Assembly: GCF_006345805.1 (NCBI RefSeq)
Contig: NC_043002.1
Span: forward strand, 89,032,001-89,096,000
DNA from: Octopus sinensis
Taxonomy: Eukaryota
Length of the DNA: 64,000 nt
Direction of reading: 5' to 3'
Part shown: positions 25,420 to 40,715 of the stretch, in pieces
Position numbering within the stretch: position 1 is the first letter of the stretch
How the letters are laid out: every line of letters begins with the position of its first letter
Position numbers and translations under genes: made by a program
Notes under the pieces: generated by a model
What the model saw: the letters and a program-made list of their open reading frames with translations, nothing else
Database searches by the model: none
What the model was told of the DNA's origin: nothing

Positions 25420-25639
25420 TTAACCCTTTGACATTCAGATTTCTGTCAAATAAAACATATTTACATTGTTTTGAATTAATCATGCATTATCTTGTAACTT
25501 CAAGATTTCAATAATGTGATAGTTTATTTTTAAAATTACATTATAGACTAGGTGTGAGAGGCCGGATCTGGCCAGTTTGAACACAGAATGGATAGAATAT
25601 TTGGGCTAGATATGGCCAGTTTAAATGCTAATGGATTAA
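25420..25639 (+). mobile_element. piggyBac-type MITE family A
   Basis: TTAACCCTTT ... AATGCTAATGGATTAA. Confidence 0.85.
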
Positions 25640-25782
25640 TACTGAACAGCTGCAAGAAGAAACAACTAGACTTAGACAAGAACTATAATGACAATATTTA
25701 TCAAACAATAACAATGACTAAATGTAAGCCGAGGTACCAAAAGTGAGATTTCAGTCAATCATACAAAACTTCTCACTTTCTT

Positions 25783-26162
25783 GACGTGCAGGAGTGGCTG
25801 TGTGGTAAGTAGCTTGCTTACCAACCACATGGTTCCGGGTTCAGTCCCACTTCATGGCACCTTGGACAAGTGTCTTCTACTACAGCTTCGGGCTGACCAA
25901 AGTCATGTGAGTGGATTTGGTAGACGGAAACTGAAAGAAGCCTGTCGTATATATGTATATTTATATGTGTGTTTGTCCTCCAACATCGCTTGACAACCAA
26001 TGCTGGTGTGTTTACGTCCCCGTAACTTAGCGGTTCGGCAAAAGAGACCGATAGAATAAGTACTAGGCTTACAAAGAATAAGTCCTGGAGCCGATTTGCT
26101 CAACTAAAGGCGGTGCTCCAGCATGGCCACAGTCAAATGACTGAAACAAGTAAAAGGGTAAA
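25783..26162 (+). mobile_element. tRNA-derived SINE family 1
   Basis: Colinear with 54-465. Confidence 0.9.
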
Positions 26163-28300
26163 CTAGCTTCATTTTTTAAAAACTTATGTCATTAAATTCA
26201 TCTTTAAGTATAGGATTATCCTTATAACTTGAGTAATAGACAATCTGTTGCCCAGTTTAAAACCATCACCTGGGTTCTGTTAGCAAACAGTCCAGTATTG
26301 CAAACATTCTCCAGTTAGAATATAGTTTCCTCATTTCCTCCCACCAGACATAGAAGCTCTGAAAAGGATTGCAGCTGATGCTGCTCTTCCTTCCTTGGCT
26401 AGACTATTTAAACAAAAAAAATTAGAGACTACCAAACTCTGCAGACTCTATATAATTATGATTATTTATAAAATATTTTCAATTAGTAGTTCACTACAAG
26501 TATTGACATGATGTTATAAGACAAATGCTCATTTTTTGTTCAATAAAATTTACAAAATATAAGATAGGTATGGTGAAACTCAATGATATATAACATTCAT
26601 CTTTTATATAAACTGAGCAATGAAGGAACCGTTTAAGCTACTAGAAATATCAACCAAGTCTTACTCAAACCACACTGCCTACCATATCAAAAAAAATTTT
26701 TTTAAAGGGAAACATTAGACAATATAACCACCCATCAAAGGTGCAGCCGATATAATAACCACCTGACCACTTTAGCTCTATTGTCAATATAAAACATTAT
26801 TTTTAGTTTACATTTAGAATGCAAATTTAGTAGCATCAAGAAATATGCAAATAAGTCTTTATTAAGGATGTGACTCAAAGTGATTTCAGCCACAAATTAT
26901 ACTAGCTTATAAATACATAGGGCTAAAAGAACCCTTGGATGGAAAATTGTTCATGGGACTTAGACTAAGCATTTTAAAAGCACTCAATCTACAAAATACA
27001 CTAAAGCATATTTTTTCCTTCAGATGAAATGCTTTAAAGTCCTGCAGGCAACTTTCTGGATCTTTTCCACCCAAGGGGTTTTTAATCCATTGAATTGTAA
27101 GTTGTTATTTATAGCTGACTTTGCTTTTGAGATGTTAATAAAGACATTATTTTTAGTGATGCAATAAAGACAAAAGAAAACAAGGGGTACATGTAAAGTG
27201 ACTCAGTACAAAAGTACTGACAAGTTACAATTTGAAATTTAAAGCAGGGGAAAATACTATAATCAATTTTAGCTGACTGTTACTTATCATAACTGATCAT
27301 CACTGCTGATGGTAACGATCTGAAAACAAAGCTAACAGGCTTTCATTTTTACTCTTAAACAGCAGGAATGAGTGCTTAGTCAGACTAGAGATTGGTTAGA
27401 CACTATAATTATCATCACAGGAGCCAACCATGATAAAAAACAATTCTAGAAAAACAATTTGGTTCAGTGACATCAACATTGAAAACAACATAACCTACTG
27501 ACAAATAATTAACAATACAGTTTTGCACCTAAAATATATTTATTTATTTATTTATTTACAAAAAAGATCATATTTACTCTCTCCTTTGCACCTAAATGCT
27601 TCTGTTAGTAGATTCAAGTATATAACATGTATCAAAATAGTCACTAGTTTATTTTCCCATAGATAGCAAAAAGGGGAAATGAAATTTGTGAACATATGCA
27701 TATTGTGGGAGCTTTTTTTTTCCTTTAACAGAAACATTTTTTACCACAAACCACAACACCTTATGAAGTAGAAATTGTATCTATTTCCATCTACTTAAAC
27801 AGATAAGATTAACAAGCAAAGGCTATAGCAAGTTCTAAACTTATGACCAACACCTCAACCTCTCGTTATTAAGACCTGTTTTAATACTAAATATATTTAC
27901 TAATATCAAATATACTAATTCTGTTGTGTCTGGGGAGAGTCATTTTCTTTTTGTGCCTTATAATTGTCAAGACTATTGAAAAGGTTGCAAGACGCAACGA
28001 AAATTTTAGAAAAATAAAAATAAGTGGAAATTTTACTGGTGAGTGTGTTAAATTATAAGGCACAAAAAGAAAATGACTCTCCCAAGACACAACAGAATAT
28101 GCTTCAACACACGAACTCATATAAAGAATCTTGCAAACCAAATCCAAAAACGAAATATACTAATATATTTTCAAAAGAGTGAAATATCCAGAAAAGCCCA
28201 GCAAATAACTTTAAAGTGAAAACACATAACAGTCAATACAGTAGTTAACTATTTACTTTCAAACTGCAGAAAAGTTTGTGATATCTAATAATAATCATAA

Positions 28301-29205
28301 TGCACAAGGCCTGGATTTTGTGGGAGGGAACAAAAAGTCATTAAAGAGGCACAGAAGTATAAAAGAGAACTAAACTTAGATGTAAATGATGCTGAAGCTA
28401 CAATACCAACAGTAACAACAAAACACAACAAACAAAAAGCTAAAAAAAAAGAAGGCCTGGGAAAGCTTATAAACAAATGGCAAGAGAAATCTCTACATGG
28501 TCAGTATCCAACTGAATAAGGGAATCAGATATAGATAAATAAAGAACATATCAGTGGTTGCACAGTTCAGGTCTAAAGGCAGAAACAGAAGGTTTATAAT
28601 GGATCAATTTCTATTCACACACAACAAACTACCAAGTAAACATTCTCCACAATGGTGCTGAACTATTTGGTAAAAGTATTGGAACCATCAATCACATTGT
28701 GGCTAACTGCTCTAAACTCACTATAACTGAATACAATGCCAGACATGACCGAACAGGGCAGTACCTACACTGGAACATCTGTTGTCTTTACGACATTCCC
28801 CTTTCTAAAAACTGGCATGAACACCAATTAAAACCAGCCACAGAGAGTAATAAAGTTACTATTCTGTGGGGTTTTACTGTTCATACTGACAAACAGATAA
28901 ATGCTAATAGACCCAATATTATTATCAAAGATCATCAACAAAATGGCTGCTATATAATAGATATGACAATATCAGCTGATCAAAATATCTCAGTCAAAGA
29001 ATTCAAAAAGTTAGCTAAATACAAGGACCTAGAGATAGAAGTTAGCAGAATATGGAAACTGAAAACAGTTACTCTACAGGCAGTAGTAGGATCACTAGGC
29101 ATGGTTAAAAAAGGGTCTTCAATCTTCATTGATAAAATACTTGGAAAGTCAAATATACATGATGTCCAAAAGATTGTACTAACTTCAACAGCCCATCTCT
29201 TGAGA
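28301..29205 (+). pseudogene. R4/Dong-clade non-LTR retrotransposon 3' fragment with restriction-like endonuclease
   Basis: WQEKSLHGQY, WLHSSGLKAETEG, H...C knuckle remnant, RHD, NRP(N)II...IIDMT...K..KYKDL RLE motifs (ORF 28699-29217); (TAA)n on both sides. Confidence 0.85.
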
Positions 29206-29252
29206 AAACACGACTGAAAACAATACCTCCACCTTTGCTAAGGCAGAGGTAA
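29205..29252. mobile_element. terminal hairpin fragment of Helentron-associated (HINE-like) element
   Basis: ACTGAAAACAATACCTCCACCTTTGCTAAGGCAGAGGTAA matches 58241-58278. Confidence 0.7.
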
Positions 29253-29728
29253 TAATAATAATAACAATGATAATAATCTGTTCGCTTTCCCTGTTGGCAG
29301 TGATTGCAGATAGAAAACAAAAATGAACAACATGTGTTAGCACAGTTGTTAAGTGTTGGTCAGTCCACTCAAATAGGTTACAATATTTTATTATAATATT
29401 AACAGATTCAACAAAACCTTTTCGAAAACTATTTACAGAAAGAAAGAAAAGTCAGGCACAGTAAATAAATGATAAATCTTGAGTAAATGTTCTACATTAG
29501 GTCAATAAAACAACTATTGGGGACTATGAAAACAAGGGTTCATGTTTAAAGTAAAGGAAAAAAGAAGAAATGTAAACAGGTAAAAGGATAGAAGCAGCAG
29601 AGGCTATGGAAACAAGAAATAATTTGTGATGTTGTTTAGCCCCAAGTAAGCCCTGCCTGAACAGAAATATATGAGTAAAAGCATCCCAGCCAAACTATAC
29701 TGTCTTTTTTGTATATATTTTAAAAAAA

Positions 29729-30038
29729 TTTTTTATGCGCCCTTTTCAAGCCTAGCCAGGCTCATGGGCCCGGTTTCCCGGTTTCTGTGGCATATGTGTT
29801 CCACCCAGCTGGACGGGACGCCAGTCCATCCCTGCGTTACCCAAGAAACAAGAAGAAAGAGTGAGAGAAAGTTGGGACGAAAGAGTACAACAGGGGTCGC
29901 CACCACCCCTTGCCGGAGCCTCGTGGAGCTTTAGGTGTTTTCGTTCAATAAACACACACAACGACCAGTCTGGGAATCAAAACCACGATCCTCCAACTGC
30001 AAGTCTGCTGACCTAACCACTGGGCCATTGCGCCTCCA
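29729..30038 (-). mobile_element. tRNA-derived SINE family 2 (variant tail)
   Basis: Head TGGAGGCGCAATGGCCCAGTGGTTAGG; body shared with 23171; imperfect TSD TTTGTATA(TA)TTTTA. Confidence 0.88.
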
Positions 30039-31359
30039 CTTTTGTATATTTTACAATATAATTTTTTTTTTATGTAGCCATCATATTTTAAAAGCATAGG
30101 CTCTGATCTGAAGGTGATTTAGTTATCAATTCTAACAAATTTGGCAGCTGCACAGCTCCTAGTTCTAGATGTAGGATTAACAGTTATCAATTATAAAGCT
30201 ATATTTTTTTTATGTATCCATGTGTTGCTTTAACAATCAAACCCATACAATTGAACAGAAAAGAAAATGTAATGCACCAGAGTCAAGGGAGGAAATTGAG
30301 ACAAGGCATGCATTTAATGACGCCACTTTTGGTAGAGCAACTATTATATTCCATGTCAATAGGAGTGGAATGGGAAAAGTTTACTTAGCAGCAGCAAACA
30401 TCTATTAAAGACTTAAAATAATAATTCAAGGACTAACAAGTGTCTCCATTATTGTCATCAAACAACACTTTAGAGCAATGACTAATATAACTAATTCAGA
30501 ATTCCACAATGATGAATGGTGCCAAAATATATCTCATTTAATGCAATCTACTTAGAAAGAAAAGTAAGCTCTCATAACAAAATACTATTCACTTCATATA
30601 AAAACTATAAACAATATGTTTTTCATATATTTCTTGTTACACATGATTAAAATAATTAGTTTTATATGCATATTTCATCTTCATTGCCCTTGTTACTTTA
30701 GCAATTATTTTCTTCTATGCTGACATGCAACTACAATGTATGGTCATCCAGTTCCAAATACTCATGTGATTGCTTTGAAAGACTAAAATTATGAAGAGAA
30801 AATTAAGACAAGTTTTGAGAGACAACCATCTGCAAACTAAATTCCTCAGCAAGCTGACTGCCAGTATACATATACAGTATTTAGTACTTTCATATATGCT
30901 GCCGTCAACTCTGAATTATTTATATGAACCAAACTTGCTCATTGCCCACTATGTTAATGTGTAGAGAGAGGATTTTAACAAAGCCCTATATAAGATAGAG
31001 TTGTTTATTTTTTTGTCATGTGTTTCCTTCAATTATCTGTGGTTCCATGCCTTATTAGAAAACAAAACATGCTCGTATCACATCCTTATGCTCTTAAGAT
31101 GGGAAGGGTACACTGAAAATCATATTCGATATATACCCAGATGAAAGGATGGTCATCAGCCTACTCAGTCAGGACTCACCTCAAGTTAAACAACATCTCA
31201 AAATACTTCCTGTTTCAAATATTTCTTTTAGCCTCTGCTGTTATTTTTCATATAATTATCCGTGGTCCTATGCTAATAAAGCATGGAACCACAGAATAGA
31301 AAACAAAATTATATCCTACCCATGTCTTGCACTAACTTTGTGATGTATCTTCTATAAAT

Positions 31360-31585
31360 ATCTTTACTACCCACAAGGGGCTGAACACAGAGGGGACAAA
31401 CAAGGACAGACAAACTGATTAAGTCAATTATATCGACCCCAGTGCGTAACTGGTACTTATTTAATCGACCCCAAAAGGATGAAAGGCAAAGTCGACCTCG
31501 GCGGAATTTGAACTTAGAATGTAGCTGCAGACGAAATATCGCTAAGCATTTCGCCCGGCATGCTAACATTTCTGCCAGCTCGCCG
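31360..31585 (-). mobile_element. tRNA-derived SINE family 3 (Nin/Deu-like central motif)
   Basis: Minus strand GGCGAGCTGGCAGAA...GTTCAAATTCCGCC and GCCTTTCATCCTTTTGGGGTCGATTAAATAAGTACC; 12-bp TSD TCTTCTATAAAT. Confidence 0.9.
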
Positions 31586-32061
31586 TCTTCTATAAATTTC
31601 ATAGCTTGATCCATTAATTCAAATCTTCTGGGATTTCTTTCTCTGGTGCATCCCCTCACCTTTCTAACAATTGACAACAATGACTGACTCATCAAGAAAA
31701 GTATCTTCCAACACAACATGCTTAGTGAAAGGAGGAACATGTGAAGCCAACTCATTCTAATGTTTCCAGCATCTCTCCATGGAAGTGTGCATGTAACATA
31801 TACTGAAATTTCTAAGCACACACATAAAGGAAGAAATACAAATAAACTATGTATGAATCAACCTCATAATCTTGCATGTAAACAATGTGATGGACATAGG
31901 TATAGGTGAAGGAAGCTATGTTGTTTACATGTAGTGAAGAAATATTTAACCTTGAGCAGGCATTGAAAATACTTCTCTAATAATAATATCCAGCAGTGTT
32001 TCCACACACACAGTTTACTGTTCCATTATTAGTGGGATTTATACACACAAACACACACACA

Positions 32062-32267
32062 CAGGGTAACTGAAAAGTAACTCTCTATTTTAAAATACTT
32101 ATAAATTATTAATTGTAATTTTTTTCTCAAACTTTTGGGGATTTGTTATTTGAATTTTAAACAAAAACCTCGTGCTAAAAGCTTTCCTTTCATATCCACT
32201 TTTGTGTAAAAATTACAATTAATAAATAATTTATTAGTATGTTGAGATAGGGAGTTACTTTTCAATA

Positions 32268-32273
<6 letters not shown>
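32062..32273. mobile_element. Tc1/mariner-type MITE
   Basis: TIR CAGGGTAACTGAAAAGTAACTCTCTAT / ATAGGGAGTTACTTTTCAATAACCCTA. Confidence 0.8.
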
Positions 32274-32316
<43 letters not shown>

Positions 32317-32439
32317 AGGGTTATTGAAAAGTAACTCCCTATCTTAATAACATATTAAATATATGTGTGTGTGTGTGTGTGTCGTGTGAAGGCACATGGC
32401 TCAGTGGTTAGAGCATCGAGCTTACGATCATGAGGGATA

Positions 32440-34267
32440 AAGATGTTCTAATGAAACACCTTATTACTCTGATATAAGAAAGCAATTTGCTATAACTGCC
32501 ACAAAAGGTGTATTTTCCATCACGAAAAAGTACAAAAAACTGTCAGCTGGAGAAGGAAGAGATAGTCGGAGGTTGGCGAGAAAGTACTCTGACTCATCGT
32601 GGCATTTTAAAGATGAAACTTATGAAGGCTAATTTACTAAAGGTAATATATAAATGTAGTATATATATATATATAAATATATGAAGTGTTTAATGAAATG
32701 AAGAAAGTGCAATAATAACATTCACACTCACTGATGGTCGCTCTCAGCAACTGCCCTTAGCTTACAGAGTTCTTGTTTTTATAACTATTGAAAAGCAGCC
32801 AGAAGGATAGACATATTGTTGAGAACAAATGATTTCGTTGGAGGTCTGTTATCTCCATTCCAGCCCCTGGTGACCTAGAAGAGGTTAGAAGGGTCAAGTG
32901 GCAAAGACATTATTCTGCTTAGCGAAGGCATCTGGGAAATATATAACTGCTGTCATTCACAGAAAAACTATTGTTTTACCATGAGAAAAGCACTGTTGAA
33001 GTGTTAAGTGAAATTTGGCAATCAAGGATTGATTCCATGCTATGCTTGCATGAAGCCACAACAAATGTGTTGTGGAATAAAAAATTCATCTTCTGTCATG
33101 GAAAAAGTGTAACTGTAAAAATGCAGAATTATCAGAGTAATGAGCATTCAAAAAAGTATGTATGTATAGAAATGTATGAATGAAGTCTTTAAGGTTTAAG
33201 ATTCAAATCAAGGAAGTGCAATAATAATGTTTAGCAGTTCAAAACTGAGTCGTGAAATGCAGAATTAGGTTGGCTGATCATGAGAATCAAATATTGATTG
33301 CTTTGCCAAAATCTGCAGGTGGTATGAATTATTTCCCTGGGGTTGTTTAAATAAAATATTAGTAATATGTAGTAGATAGAAGGATTCATTGGAGGGGCCC
33401 TATTATCGATTTTTTTTCAACAATCTAAGTATGTCAAGAGATTTCCAGACTTGAGTTCTACTCATGTCTCAAATAAAGTATACAAGTGACATTGTCTGCA
33501 AAAATTAGAAATTGGACACACAAAAAAATCAATATTCAAAGTAATCGAACATAAACAATGAAACCTGTAAAATATTTCTAAATTCGATGGCTCAGTTAGT
33601 TTCATGAAAATGGTGTATGAACTATAAATAAGCAATAAATATTACGATTTGTAAAATAAGTATAAGTGATACAGAGTGTCCCAACTGAATGTGGTGTGGC
33701 AGTTTGGTTTAAGAATTTTAAGCATTGAAAGTATGAGTTCATTGTATTGGGACACACTTATTAAATACATCCTGGAATCAAAAATTTATGTATTGTCATC
33801 GAAAAATTTTAATTGGAAAACTGCAGAATTATTGGAGTTATGCACATTGAAAGTGCACATGCATCAAGAAAGTGCAAAAGGTTTAGCAGTTGAAAACTGT
33901 GAGTAGTGAAATGCAGAATTAGGTCCACTGATCGTTAGAATCAAATATTGATCGCTTCGCTAAAAACTAACAACTGTAAGTGCAGGTGCTATGGATTATT
34001 TCTCTTGAGTATTTAAAAAATATTGTGCAAGTACTATGGGTTATTTCCCTTGGGTGTTTGAAAAAAATTAGTTATATGAGGTAGATATAAAGATCCCTTC
34101 CAGGGGCCGTATTATCAAATTTTTTTCAACAATCTAAGTATGTCACAAGGTTTCCAGACACGAGTTCTACTCACATGTCTAGTTTCATCAAAATCAATAA
34201 AACGATGTAGGAGTTAGCTAACAACGCCAAAAACAAACACACACCAATTTGCCACATATGTAGTGGA
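32440..34267 (-). mobile_element. Helitron-like non-autonomous element with internal duplication (left boundary uncertain)
   Basis: Minus-strand start A|TCCACTACATAT followed by TGTT-rich tract; 33208-33469 duplicated at 33864-34180; no CTAG end found. Confidence 0.45.
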
Positions 34268-34929
34268 TATATATTTTCCATTGGCATATGAACCTTTCAA
34301 TTCCCACCAAGCTTATAAATTGTATCAATTTTTGTTGTCAGATTATATCTGTAGTCTGTAAATTGACATAAAACAACATATTCATGTTTCACACACCAAG
34401 CACTTTTACAAACATACTAACATCAAATACCCAAATTTTGTATCATTAGTAGTAAAAAAGAATTAACTATAAAAAATTGTTTATGTTCACCATAAAGTTA
34501 CAATACAAATTTTTACTAACATGTGAATATCATGAGACTTCTTTTTTTATTGTGAGACAAACCTAATATAAGTTCTCATATGGTATAGTAGGCAATAATT
34601 GATGTCAAACTGACAATATCTGCAATACAGTATCAGTAAAATTAGACTTTATTATTGCAGAAGATAATATCCCATGCAAACAACTTAAAACCCCAATGAA
34701 AATAATTGTAAGTTAACATTGAAGTGGAAATTTAAAAAACACTTGAAAATGATATTCAAGTAAAAAGAAATGTCATTCATTATTCACCGTGAGAGAGGAA
34801 AAGGACTTTACAGTGAAACATAGAAAGTAATAGAAATGACACACTAATAACCTGATTTAGAAAATAATAATAATAATCCCATAAGGGTTGACCAGAACAC
34901 TGAAGATGGTACAGGATGATACAGAATGA

Positions 34930-35640
34930 GATTGCATAAAATATATGAAAAACAGGTAAATAACAAAAACAGAAAAATCAAAAAATTCAATCACAGAAGA
35001 ACTCCCAAAATGATAGGGAGACCACCAAGGACCACTTGTGGAAACCCAACAAAACCATGGCCAGCCTAACCATTAAGGCAAGTACCCTATCCCAGTAGCA
35101 CTTCTTCAATCTGCAGGGGCATGCTCAGAATAGGCCCAGTCATCCACACCATGCTCACCACTGTGTAATTTGTTAGCAGGCAGCACTTCCCACTCACCAA
35201 TATTTCCTTTCTCAAGAAAATCTTGTAAAAATTTAATGAGGACTCGACTAAAGAGGTAAGTGTCTGTCTTCAGCTCTTTCAATCTTGTCCTTTTTCAAAG
35301 CCACCAGATATATAAAGACTGCCTGCCCTTCCCGGCCAAAGAAAACAGTGACTGGATCTCTCCTATACATAACAGCAGATGTTCAACATAACTCCACAAG
35401 ACAGCAATGCTCAGGCACTGGACAAGTATGTGCAGAATAGTTTCATTGCTGTGTGCATCTCAATAAGTCCGGCTGATAGTAATTCTATACCTGCAGAGTT
35501 TATCTCAAACTGGTAATGCCTACCAGTAGCACTGATTGATCAGGCCCAGAAAAGTCCTCCAGAACAGCCTGCTCAATTGATTTTCGTCAATGCCTAGAGT
35601 TTTCCCAGAGAACATCATTGCTTTTGCCTACCTTTAAGAA
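34930..35640 (-). pseudogene. L1/Tx1-type LINE 3' fragment
   Basis: Minus-strand translation ALPV*DKL...ETILHILVQCLSIAVLWSYVE (C-terminal CCHC-type knuckle region of L1/Tx1 ORF2); heavily disrupted. Confidence 0.65.
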
Positions 35641-36770
35641 ATGAACTTAGAAGGTATTACTTCACTTTATGTTGGACAGGTATGATGTGCTTTATAGTTT
35701 GAGGAAATAAAAGCTGGATTAAAAAGATAAAACTTATTCATATGTATAAAAAGAAAAAAAAAACTACCTTTTTTTGCTGTCCAACAACATCCACCATCAA
35801 GACTCAGGCCAAGGTATTTACTAAGATTATTTTCATTTCTTTTCAGTTCATTTCCCTATCTATTTGTATATCTAGTAATGTATCTGCATTACTACAGGCT
35901 TACCCACGTACCTATCTATCTATCTATCTAGTTATCTAATTAACTATCATATCTGCTTTCCTTTTTGCAGATGCGTGTATCTGTCTACTCAGATAATACC
36001 ATTAAGCATTTAAATCTAATAACACAACAAAAGAAATGAATACTGTCAATGCCCCAGCATGGCCATAGCATTTAGTCTAGAAAACGTAAAAGATAAAAGC
36101 GTAATATCCACTATGATTTTCTAAATAAGGTTATTTCATCATAGTTTATCTACCACTATCTTTTAATGCATAAATTTATAGATATCCATGACATTGTTTC
36201 ATCATGCTAAACATTTCATCTGTGCTTGTGATTTGAACACACAAATCAAAATGATAAAGACCTTTCTTTCCTCTCTCTCTTGCTCGTGTTTTATCATTCT
36301 ATTTTTTTCACTTATTCCACTATTTCCATTTCACTCTTTGTTTCCCCTTCTCTCATTCTTTGTTTCTTTTATCGTATTTTATTTTGTCAAAGGGTTTACC
36401 CAAAAAGCCAGTCTTCCTTTCTGTTTCCATTTTCTGACATACTATTCACTGTGCACAATCTGCTCCCTTTTTGTGGATGCTTATATTTTGTACATCACTT
36501 TACCTTTTACATTGTCCACCTGTCGGCCATATCTTATTCTCTTTCCACTTGTGCTATTTCGTCTTCACACACACACACACACATATATACATGTAATTTA
36601 TGTGATAAGGTTTCGATAATTAGAAAAGCACTCAGTCAGCTAAGAGAGTAAAGACACAGATCTTATCAAATACAGCTACCTAGGGTTTCCTGGTCAAGAA
36701 ATGATAATTTATTTTGCTATTTTTCAAGTTGAAAAGAAGATTGTTTGTCAGTTGTCTTTTGAGCAGATGA

Positions 36771-37019
36771 CATTTATACACACACACACATATATAGACA
36801 TACACAAACATACATACATAGATATACACAAACATACATACACATACATAGACATACACAAACATACATACACATACATAGACATACACAAACATACATA
36901 CACATACATAGACATACACAAACATACATACACATACATAGACATACACAAACATACTACACATACATATACATACACAAAATACATACACATACATAGA
37001 CATACATAGACAGACATAA

Positions 37020-37065
<46 letters not shown>

Positions 37066-38110
37066 TATATATATTATATATTATATATATATATATACAT
37101 ACACACATACACACATGTATAATAATATAACTTCACGTATGCATGTATACAGGCATATACACAGTCTTACGTAATGACCTCTGATCCTGTAGTCTGATAT
37201 GGAGATAATACTATGTCCCACTTATGGAGTGATAGCTTTTGTATACAACAGAAACATGACAGAAGTGACACCAGACTGAAGAAAATGAGTCAAACAGGTT
37301 ACACTTAATTTATGTCTCGGTAATTCAGCTAACTCACACACATACACACACACACACACACAGATATACATATACGTGTATGCATGTATGCATAAATATA
37401 TGTACACAAACGTTAACACACACACACACATATATATATACATATATGCATATATATATATAAACACGTTTGTATACATGTGTGTGTGTGAGTGATAGAG
37501 AGAGGTGTACATGTGTGTATGTATATATACTATATAATATATATACAACACATATATATATATATACATATATATACACATATATATATATATATACATA
37601 TATATACACATTATATATATATATACACATATATATATATATACATATATATACAACATATATATATACATATATATATATACATATATATATATACATA
37701 TATATATATACATATATATATATACATATATATATATACATATATATATATACAATATACATATATATATATACATATATACATATATAGATAACTATAA
37801 TACATATATATATATACATATATATATACATATATATATATACATATATATATATACATATATACATATATATATATACATATATATATAATATAATATT
37901 ACATATATATATATACATATATACATATATATATATTACATATATACATATATATATATACATATATACATATATATATATACATATACATATATATATA
38001 TACATATATATAATATATACATATATATTATATATACATATATATATATATATCATATATATTATATATATATACATATATATATACATATATATATATT
38101 ATATATATAC

Positions 38111-38141
<31 letters not shown>

Positions 38142-38185
38142 CATATATATATACATATATATTATATATACATATATATAATACC

Positions 38186-38218
<33 letters not shown>

Positions 38219-38379
38219 CATATATATATATACATATTATACATACATATATATATATATATACATATAATATATATACATATATATACATACATATATA
38301 TACAATACATACATATATATATATATACATATATATACATACATATATATATATATACATATACATATATATACAATAC

Positions 38380-38411
<32 letters not shown>

Positions 38412-38511
38412 ACATACATATATATATATATACATATATACATATATATACATCCATATATATATATTACATATATACATATACATATATACATATATAC
38501 ATATACATATA

Positions 38512-38542
<31 letters not shown>

Positions 38543-38983
38543 ACATACATATATATATACATACATATATATATACATACATATATATATACATACATAT
38601 ATATATACATACATATGTATATACATATATATGTATATACATATATATGTATATACATACATATGTATATACATACATATGTATATACATACATATGTAT
38701 ATACATACATATGTATATACATACATATGTATATACATACATATGTATATACATACATATGTATATACATACATATGTATATACATACATATGTATATAC
38801 ATACATATGTATATACATACATATGTATATACATACATATGTATATACATATATATGTATATACATATACATATACGATACATATACATATGTATATACA
38901 TACATATGTATATACATACATATGTATATACATATATATTATATACATATACATTACAATACATATACATATATATATACATA

Positions 38984-39014
<31 letters not shown>

Positions 39015-39049
39015 CTATATATATATATACCATATTATATTATACATAC

Positions 39050-39082
<33 letters not shown>

Positions 39083-39340
39083 CACATATATATATATACA
39101 TAATATATATATACACATATATTATACACATATAATATATATACATATATTATATATATACATATATATATATACATATATATATATTATACATATATAT
39201 ATATATATACATATTATAATATATAACAATATATAATATATAACATATTATATATATTACATATATATATATATAACATATATATATATACATACATATA
39301 TATATATACATACATATATATATATACATATATATAATAC

Positions 39341-39403
<63 letters not shown>

Positions 39404-39497
39404 CATATATATACATATATATACATATATATAATATACATATATACAATATAATATTCCATATATATACTATATACATATATTACAATATATATAC

Positions 39498-39528
<31 letters not shown>

Positions 39529-39751
39529 CACATATATATATACATATACATATATATACATATTATATATACATATATATATATATCATATATATATTAT
39601 ACATATATATATATACATATATATATACATTATATATATATACATATATATATATACATATTATATAATACATATATAATATAACACATATATATATACA
39701 CACATATATATATACACACATATATATATAACACCATATATATATACACAC

Positions 39752-39782
<31 letters not shown>

Positions 39783-40454
39783 CATATATATATATATTAC
39801 ATATATATAATATATACACATATATATATACACACATATATATATACACACATATATATATATAACAAATATATAATACATATTTATTATACTATATATA
39901 TATACAGATATATATACATATAATTATTACACATATATATACACCATATATACATATATAACACATTATATATAACACATATAATATACATACATATATA
40001 TATACATACTCTATACACACATATATATATATACACATATATATATATATACATATATTATATATATACCATATATATATATATACACATATATATATAT
40101 ACACATATATATATATATACACATATTATATATATACACATATATATATATATAACCACATATATTATATACACATATAATATATATATACACACATATA
40201 TATATATATACACAGATATAATATATATATACACATATATATATATATACACATATATATATATATACCATATATAATATATACACATATATATATATAC
40301 ACCATATATATATATACACACATATATCATACATACATATATATACATACATACTTATTACATACATAATATATATACATACATATATATATATACATAC
40401 ATTATAATATATACATACATACATATATATATACATATATATATATATACATAC

Positions 40455-40485
<31 letters not shown>

Positions 40486-40495
40486 CATACATATA

Positions 40496-40528
<33 letters not shown>

Positions 40529-40684
40529 TATATATACATATATATATTATACATACATATATTATATTACATACATAATATATAACATACATATATATAT
40601 ATATACATACATATATATATATATACTATATATATATATACATACATATATATATTACATACATATATATATATATATACATAC

Positions 40685-40715
<31 letters not shown>

